The notes below the pieces were generated by a model that was not told the DNA's origin, searched no databases, and worked only from the letters and a program-made list of their open reading frames with translations. A stretch of DNA of 13,840 bases, from assembly GCA_023137195.1 (NCBI GenBank), contig JAGLPV010000011.1, positions 1 to 13,840 of the forward strand, in the 5' to 3' direction. Source of the stretch: Candidatus Aenigmatarchaeota archaeon (GTDB lineage Archaea > EX4484-52). Positions 1 to 5,524 of this stretch are shown here, piece by piece. The first letter of the stretch is position 1. Each line of letters starts with the position of its first letter. A program made the translations under genes and the position numbers.

Positions 1-525
1 GAGTTTCAAAAAACAATGGACGAAAAACTAACCAAACTCATGCAGGATTCAGGAATCAACACCGATGCCAAATTCAGCAAAGTAGACAAAAAACTAAAAT
101 CAATGGACTCTGTTAAAAACAAAATTTCAGATATCCAAAGCACATTGAATGATAGAGCAAAAAGAATGGACGAATTAAACAAAGACATAGGTCTAAATGC
201 TTCAAAAGAAACAAAACTAATGAACAGAATCCAATCCCTTGAAGCAGAGAATCAGAAGCTGCAAAAGATAAACCCTGAGTTTCAAAAAACAATGGACGAA
301 AGACTAAACAAAATTGCAGAATCCGGAACCCTGCTGGATGCAAAAGTAGGCAGACAACTAGCAAATATGGAATCCAACATCACGAGAGGCATGAACGAAA
401 ACATAAAATCAGTAAGTTTGATGTCGCTCAATATGATGAAGGATAAAATAAATGAACTGGAAAACACAATAGATAAAAAGACAAGAAACTATATCGAAGA
501 AAAAGGCAATACAATAGTAGAATAA
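1..525 (+). CDS. 5'-truncated coiled-coil protein with an internal ~92-aa repeat; function unknown
   Basis: Frame 1 is open from base 1 (EFQKTMDEKL...) to TAA 523-525. K/E/N/M-rich heptad-like sequence. Nt 1-25 are identical to nt 277-301 (EFQKTMDE at a 276-nt period). Confidence 0.8.
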   Translation, partial: EFQKTMDEKLTKLMQDSGINTDAKFSKVDKKLKSMDSVKNKISDIQSTLNDRAKRMDELNKDIGLNASKETKLMNRIQSLEAENQKLQKINPEFQKTMDERLNKIAESGTLLDAKVGRQLANMESNITRGMNENIKSVSLMSLNMMKDKINELENTIDKKTRNYIEEKGNTIVE

Positions 526-756
526 ATCCACGGAACGCACAGATGCAGGAAAATCTCTATGATTTTCTGCATATTCAATTTCATTGAATACCCCACGAGA
601 AAGTGATTTAGTTTTTTCTTACCCCTTCTCTGTCTTCCTGTGTGTCATTCAACGAAGTTGAATGTGCAAAAAAGCTCTACTTCATCTGTCTTTGACAGAT
701 GTGCAGAAAATCATAGAGATTTTTCCGCATTTTCGCATCCGTGCGTTCCAGTGGAT
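526..756. repeat. Palindromic hairpin-module element, locus A (one inverted unit plus two forward units; ends form an imperfect inverted repeat)
   Basis: 526-546 atccacggaacgcacagatgc is the near reverse complement of 735-756. 544-571 is the near reverse complement of 702-729. Hairpins: tattcaat-ttc-attgaata (572-590), cattcaac-gaa-gttgaatg (646-664), catctgtc-ttt-gacagatg (683-701). The forward units are 37 bp apart. Confidence 0.9.
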
Positions 757-775
757 AAAAACAGTAGGAATAATT

Positions 776-1474
776 ATGAAGCAAAAATCACTTATATTTG
801 ATGCAGATAACACTCTGTATAAAGTAAATGCAAAAACCGCCTATGAAAAGCAGTTTTCCTTTATCTGCGACTCTTTTGGGTTCGATAGAATCGCATTTAA
901 GGAGGAATGGAAAAAGATAATAAAGACTGTTGAATTCTCCACTTCTCTAATTAAAAGAAGCAGAGAATACAGTTTCACAAGAGCAATAAATATTGCTTTG
1001 GAAAAGAAAAAACACCATGTAGAAAAAAATATCATTGAAGATGTGGTGGAAAAATCCCTCGAACTGTTTTACGAGGAATTGCTTAAAACAGGAATTGAAT
1101 TTGACAAAAAAATACCACCAATGATTCTAAAGCTGAAAAAAAGATACAACCTCTTCGTTGCAAGCGACGAATACAGGAAACCATTGCTGAAAAAATTATC
1201 TTTTATGTTTGGAAATTCAGATGATTATTTTGACGATATTGTGAGCTGTCAGGAAGCAGGATGCCTAAAACCTTCAAAAAAATTCTACGAATATCTTATT
1301 AAAAAATACAAGTTTGATGCCAAAAGCATGACCATGATAGGAGACGACTGGAGGCGGGATTTGGAGCCGGCAAAGCAGATGGGAATTGTTACAGTCCTTG
1401 TAAATGCTAAAAAAGAAGGTTGTCCTGATATTTGGATGAATGAGATAAATCAATTGATGCCGGATGAGTTGTAG
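776..1474 (+). CDS. HAD-superfamily hydrolase (subfamily IA-like phosphatase/nucleotidase)
   Basis: Motif I LIFDADNTLY starts 5 residues after ATG 776; KP motif III (CLKPS); motif IV MIGDDWRRD. The track's start at 662 only adds translated repeat sequence. Confidence 0.88.
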   Translation: MKQKSLIFDADNTLYKVNAKTAYEKQFSFICDSFGFDRIAFKEEWKKIIKTVEFSTSLIKRSREYSFTRAINIALEKKKHHVEKNIIEDVVEKSLELFYEELLKTGIEFDKKIPPMILKLKKRYNLFVASDEYRKPLLKKLSFMFGNSDDYFDDIVSCQEAGCLKPSKKFYEYLIKKYKFDAKSMTMIGDDWRRDLEPAKQMGIVTVLVNAKKEGCPDIWMNEINQLMPDEL

Positions 1475-1528
1475 AGCAGGCATTATTTTCTATAGAGAGT
1501 TATTGTTTTTACACCTTTTCATCTTAGT

Positions 1529-2293
1529 TTATATTATCTTCATAAAAGTATATGTGTTTTTCTTCGGAGAAAAGGGTTTTGACAAATCTTCCGGTGTCGG
1601 ATTACCCACAAGCAATAAATTACCTTCATGAGCGCAGTATCCATCATTTTGGTTACATTCCTCCATCTTATTATAAAAGCTATTTGAAGTAACTGTATCT
1701 TTGTAAATTCCAGGGAGTATTTCTTTGTATGAAAATTTTTTTGTTTCCAAGGACACATTTTCTCCATTCACAACAGTCCAAACAATATAAGTATCTCCAA
1801 TTTCATTTTTCCAGTCTTCATCCACATATATATCAAAGATTATTCTTTTGTTTTTTCTGTCTAATTTTGGGACAATATATCCATCTATGATTTTATTTTT
1901 TGGATCCAGTTCAGGAGTAACCTGCATAATTATTGTTGATTTCTTTTTTCCTTCAGTTTTAATATAATAACCGGAAAAAAGATTTCCTTTATATTGTCCT
2001 TTTATTGAAAATATAAGACGTTCTATATCTGATCTTATTGGACTTTCATACCTTGTTTTGCCATCAGTTATATTTTCTACACTTATTGATATTTTCCCAT
2101 TATGATTATATATTCCTTTGTATTTTGTTTCTTGGAAAGAACTTTTTGATCGTTCATTTATGGACATAAGACCAAATAAGACAATAATTAATAAAAACAA
2201 GCAGGCAATGAACAAGATATATTTTTTATTTTTCTCAAAAAAAGATTCTTTTTTCTCAGCAACATATTCATCTAATTCTTCATCCATAATCAT
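1529..2293 (-). CDS. Membrane-anchored hypothetical protein (~254 aa), probably co-transcribed with the 856-aa gene
   Basis: Long ORF with KNKK followed by a single TM (YILFIACLFLLIIVLFGLM), a beta-rich C-terminal region and one Cys pair. The start is more likely ATG 2293 or 2287, just after the upstream stop at 2301, than 2320. Confidence 0.75.
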   Translation of the reverse strand: MIMDEELDEYVAEKKESFFEKNKKYILFIACLFLLIIVLFGLMSINERSKSSFQETKYKGIYNHNGKISISVENITDGKTRYESPIRSDIERLIFSIKGQYKGNLFSGYYIKTEGKKKSTIIMQVTPELDPKNKIIDGYIVPKLDRKNKRIIFDIYVDEDWKNEIGDTYIVWTVVNGENVSLETKKFSYKEILPGIYKDTVTSNSFYNKMEECNQNDGYCAHEGNLLLVGNPTPEDLSKPFSPKKNTYTFMKII

Positions 2294-2300
2294 TATTATT

Positions 2301-4871
2301 TCAACGGTCAGGCCATTCATCAGTAGTTACTTGATCTGCCCATGTTGCTGCTGCACCAGTTATAAACAATGCAGCAGGTGTTGCAAGAGGACTAAAAAGA
2401 CTCACTATAATTCCATCTACAAGAATACTTCCTCCAAAAATAGCCAGTTTTATTCCAACATCAGTATAACCAAAGGTATCATAACAATAGCTGTCCTCCA
2501 CAGTATAACCTGATGCTTTTTCTATCCTTATTGCTTTCTGCTGGAAATTATGTTGACCAATACTAGTGCACTTTGTGTTGCAATTGGTGGTTACACAAGG
2601 AGTACACTCGCCTAAGAATATACCTTTAGGACGACAATCCCAAGCACAATTCAAAACTATGCAACCAGTACAGCCTGCGCCTTCAAAGAAAGTACCAAGG
2701 GGATCCCAATCATCACATATTTTTACACCCATTTCATTAGAATCTATGTCGCTGTCGAAAGGAAGTACTCCTTCAATACCACCAACATAAAAAAACTCTC
2801 CGGCTATTTTATGTCTTGCATCATCTTTTATTTTTTTGTTTATATAACAATCTGCTTGATAAGCACCAGTATCTGTTGTAACTTTTAAATTGATTTTGCA
2901 CGGAGATGCCAGGAAAAAATTAGTGGCTTTTCCCATAGCATCATCTGTTTTTTTTAATCGAATATAATATTCATCTGATTCAGGAGATAATTCATAAGTA
3001 TATGGATCATTGTAAGGTTTTTTCAATGCCATTTCATTTAATTGCACCGGTATGGCTTTCCCTAACACAGAATCTTCATATATACTAGCAACTCCAATTG
3101 CTGTTGCGGCAGCACACAATGCTTTGCTTTTTGCCCCACCAGGCATTCCTATCATACACTTAGATATCCCCTGTGCTGCACCGCCAGACATTTGGTCGAT
3201 AGGTATATCTTTGCCATAAACCTCTACAGTAGTTATATCAACACCTACAGCTGCATCTGTGGCCCATTCAACACTAAGCATTTGCCATCCTTTCCCTTCT
3301 TTTAGACCTGCCTTACCCGTAGTTACACTTGCATCAAATAGAAGAGAAACTTCCTTTATCATCTTTTGACAGAGTGGAGAGTTACAATATTGTAGTATTC
3401 TATGACCCATAGTTATTTTTTTAGTTAATGCATCTCTGATTTTTGTGTCTACTAAAGCAGTGCCAATATCAGCAGTCATACGATTTACAAAAGTCTCTGT
3501 AGTTGTACCGCCAGTTAAGATATCATCCATTTTGTTTCCTTTTCCTGCAACCTGTACCCATTTATCTAATCTGTCCTTAAACAATGCCTTCTCTCCCATC
3601 GGAAAATTAAATGTATTTCCTATTTTTGTGATTCTGCCGGTTTTGTAAAAATCAAGAAAAGTTTTTTCAAAATAATCTTCGAAAAGATATACTTCATCCG
3701 CACTTAATTTTCCATTTCGTAATACTCCATGAGCAACAATTCCATCTGCATCTACGTTTGCAAAATAAGATCCCAATGGATTTCCGATTAAATAAGAGGA
3801 TCCGGTATCTGGATCGGTACTTATGTGTCTTAGCGTGTCATCAACCACTTTTACTTTTTTTATACTTTCTGAAGTGTATGTGCTTGCCGAACTCGACAAA
3901 GCATCGTTCAGTTTACTCTTTAGTTTGGTTGAAATCAAAGCATCTGCATCTGCTGGAGAAATGCCTAATTCTTTTTGTAATATTAAAGACGCTTTGGTAT
4001 CGCCAGCATCAGTGCCTTTGAGTAATTGCTTAATAACATCATCTGCAACATCATTAACATTAGTGGTGAGCCCTGCTGACACCAATTCAGCAGATATCTG
4101 GTTTTGAGCAGTTTTTCCATATATGGAGTATTTGAACATTTTTCTTACAAGCAATTTTTTCATTATAGTTTTTGTTACACTACCAACTCCTTCTTTTGTT
4201 GCGTATTCACCTGCTTCTTTCATAGATTTCCCTACAATATGATTGGATAATTTAGTAAGACCCGCTCCACCAGCAGGACCAATAAAATTTACAAAACCAC
4301 CAAACAAAATCATTACTACCGCAAGTTCATCGCCTTCAACCAGCCAAGCTGTATCTTCACCTTTAGGGAATGATTCATAATAAACAAGATATATTGGATC
4401 GCCAACTCCTTTTAGAGTATCTCTTAATATACTGGCTCCACCTTCCTGAGGTAAATAAAAATCCTTTACTTCACAACTACCAGATCCTGTTGTACAATCC
4501 ACAACAACTCTATGAATTGAGTCTCCCTGGGTGACAAACTCTATTTTATTTGTGTGGATATCAAGAGTATTTGGAAAGATTTCAACACCAGCCGGCAGAT
4601 TAGCACCATTACAGTTATCTCGTGTATTCATACCAAAACTCCCTGGATTCAAATCATAATAAGCAACAGCATCAATGGCGCATGAGAGTGCCTGTGTGGA
4701 AGATTGTGCAATAGTTGCATCGCCGTAGCCACTTAAGAACCCCAAAATCTTATTATATGCCTCCTCTATAATTTCAAGAACAACTTTATTATTATACATG
4801 CCTATAATAACAAGGGCAGTAATAACAATAAGCAATACCATCTTAACTACTGTCCCCATCTCTATACTCAT
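2301..4871 (-). CDS. 856-aa surface/membrane protein of unknown function: pilin-like N-terminal hydrophobic helix, several Gly/Ala-rich hydrophobic segments, Cys-rich module, C-terminal hydrophobic hairpin
   Basis: Uninterrupted 2.57-kb ORF with an in-frame TAA three codons upstream of ATG 4871 and a TATA box 4892-4899. Hydrophobic segments: VVKMVLLIVITALVIIGM, LAVVMILFGGFVNFIGPAGGAGL, ALCAAATAIGVASIY, IKLAIFGGSILVDGIIVSLFSPLATPAALFITGAAATWA. Confidence 0.85.
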   Translation of the reverse strand: MSIEMGTVVKMVLLIVITALVIIGMYNNKVVLEIIEEAYNKILGFLSGYGDATIAQSSTQALSCAIDAVAYYDLNPGSFGMNTRDNCNGANLPAGVEIFPNTLDIHTNKIEFVTQGDSIHRVVVDCTTGSGSCEVKDFYLPQEGGASILRDTLKGVGDPIYLVYYESFPKGEDTAWLVEGDELAVVMILFGGFVNFIGPAGGAGLTKLSNHIVGKSMKEAGEYATKEGVGSVTKTIMKKLLVRKMFKYSIYGKTAQNQISAELVSAGLTTNVNDVADDVIKQLLKGTDAGDTKASLILQKELGISPADADALISTKLKSKLNDALSSSASTYTSESIKKVKVVDDTLRHISTDPDTGSSYLIGNPLGSYFANVDADGIVAHGVLRNGKLSADEVYLFEDYFEKTFLDFYKTGRITKIGNTFNFPMGEKALFKDRLDKWVQVAGKGNKMDDILTGGTTTETFVNRMTADIGTALVDTKIRDALTKKITMGHRILQYCNSPLCQKMIKEVSLLFDASVTTGKAGLKEGKGWQMLSVEWATDAAVGVDITTVEVYGKDIPIDQMSGGAAQGISKCMIGMPGGAKSKALCAAATAIGVASIYEDSVLGKAIPVQLNEMALKKPYNDPYTYELSPESDEYYIRLKKTDDAMGKATNFFLASPCKINLKVTTDTGAYQADCYINKKIKDDARHKIAGEFFYVGGIEGVLPFDSDIDSNEMGVKICDDWDPLGTFFEGAGCTGCIVLNCAWDCRPKGIFLGECTPCVTTNCNTKCTSIGQHNFQQKAIRIEKASGYTVEDSYCYDTFGYTDVGIKLAIFGGSILVDGIIVSLFSPLATPAALFITGAAATWADQVTTDEWPDR

Positions 4872-4891
4872 AAAATATTATTCACTTCACA

Positions 4892-4899
4892 TATATAAA
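4892..4899 (-). promoter_or_regulatory. Archaeal TATA box (TTTATATA) for the 856-aa gene, leaderless spacing
   Basis: TTTATATA on the minus strand, 21-28 nt upstream of ATG 4871, preceded by the purine-rich aaaagcaaata. Confidence 0.55.
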
Positions 4900-4920
4900 T
4901 ATTTGCTTTTGATTTTCAAA

Positions 4921-4992
4921 TTATTCCAACATCTATTTCCAAAGCGATATGAACATTACTTTCTTTTCTTTCAGTTCCTCTTCTAATCCATT
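4921..4992 (-). pseudogene. Degenerate 3' remnant of an AAA_14/DUF4143-type ATP-binding protein gene
   Basis: Minus-strand translation NGLEEELKEKKVMFISLWK*MLE* resembles the family's C-terminal motif (..EEE...KIKFIPLWKWLLE*), with the Trp codon TGG read as TAG. Family recognised from memory, not by search. Confidence 0.55.
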
Positions 4993-4995
4993 TTA

Positions 4996-5029
4996 ATACT
5001 GCGAAGATTTATACAATTGTTCGCAGTAT
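4996..5029. other. 10-bp perfect inverted repeat (hairpin) between the two ATPase remnants
   Basis: atactgcgaa (4996-5005), 14-nt loop, ttcgcagtat (5020-5029). Confidence 0.7.
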
Positions 5030-5034
5030 CAATT

Positions 5035-5150
5035 TTATAAGGAAGGTGGCAAAGGAATATCGTCTTCAATCAGCCACTTCCAAAGCGGCACAAACTTTAT
5101 TTTGTTACTACATATAATTTCTTCATCTTCAAAATCAGCTGTAAGTATGA
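5035..5150 (-). pseudogene. Second 3' remnant of an AAA_14/DUF4143-type ATP-binding protein gene
   Basis: ILTADFEDEEIICSNKIKFVPLWKWLIE matches the typical C-terminus of this archaeal family. The rest of the gene is absent; upstream lie a GC-rich patch and repeat locus B. Confidence 0.65.
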
Positions 5151-5214
5151 ATTTGGAGTTGGTAGTTAGAAGACTTGTATGCTCCCAACACCCGGCTCTC
5201 CGCCCCCAACAGTT

Positions 5215-5418
5215 CTTCCGTGTCTTCTGTGTGTCATTCAACAAAGTTGAATGTGCAGAAAAGTAGAGGAGTCATCCGTATCAACAGATGCGTAGAAAAT
5301 CATGAGAGTCATCGGTCTTTGATCGATGTGCGGAAAATCTTTGAGTCATCTGTATCAACAGATGTGCAGAAAATCATAGAGATTTTCCTGCATTCCTGTG
5401 TCTGGCATTCTCGCATCC
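5215..5418 (+). repeat. Palindromic hairpin-module array, locus B (four tandem ~37-bp units plus terminal hairpin)
   Basis: Units start at 5233, 5271, 5308 and 5345 (gtcat...[g/a]atgYgYRgaaaa). 5215-5263 aligns with 625-674. Terminal tgcagaaaatcatagagattttcctgca (5365-5392) is the exact reverse complement of 544-571. gcattctcgcatcc (5405-5418) matches 727-740. Confidence 0.92.
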
Positions 5419-5489
5419 CATAGATTCAAGCCACTCATTCTCAAACAAAATAAAACCCCAAAACATAAGTTTAAATATATATAATTATT

Positions 5490-5497
5490 TTTATATA
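5490..5497 (+). promoter_or_regulatory. TATA box (TTTATATA) of smc-rpiB
   Basis: Ends 27 nt upstream of ATG 5525; no Shine-Dalgarno. A second candidate, TTTAAATA, lies at 5470-5477. Confidence 0.5.
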
Positions 5498-5524
5498 TAC
5501 TTCATGTTAACCAGTTGATAAAAT

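Noticed and set aside
662-775. 38-aa N-terminal extension of the HAD protein
   Set aside because: It derives mostly from repeat locus A, and HAD motif I normally lies within a few residues of the start, favouring ATG 776. In-frame read-through cannot be fully excluded.
4933-4935. TAG at a conserved Trp position as evidence of stop-codon recoding
   Set aside because: TAG terminates intact genes here (1472-1474, 8586-8588, 9600-9602); a TGG-to-TAG change in a remnant is simpler.
4921-5150. DGR template/variable repeat pair or integron attC site
   Set aside because: The remnants are too divergent and differences are not adenine-specific; the hairpin lacks RYYYAAC/GTTRRRY boxes; no reverse transcriptase or integrase in the window.
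5035-5244. 69-aa minus-strand ORF as an intact gene
   Set aside because: Chimeric: it starts inside the repeat and crosses the GC-rich patch; only the last ~38 codons look protein-like.
5233-5392. CRISPR array interpretation of the 37-bp periodic repeats
   Set aside because: The whole period is only 37-38 bp with no unique ~30-40 bp spacers; the variable part is itself a hairpin; no cas genes in the window.
5175-5423. 82-aa plus-strand ORF
   Set aside because: It is the translation of the hairpin array (shares TDVQKIIEIF with the 662 extension); TTG start, no SD.
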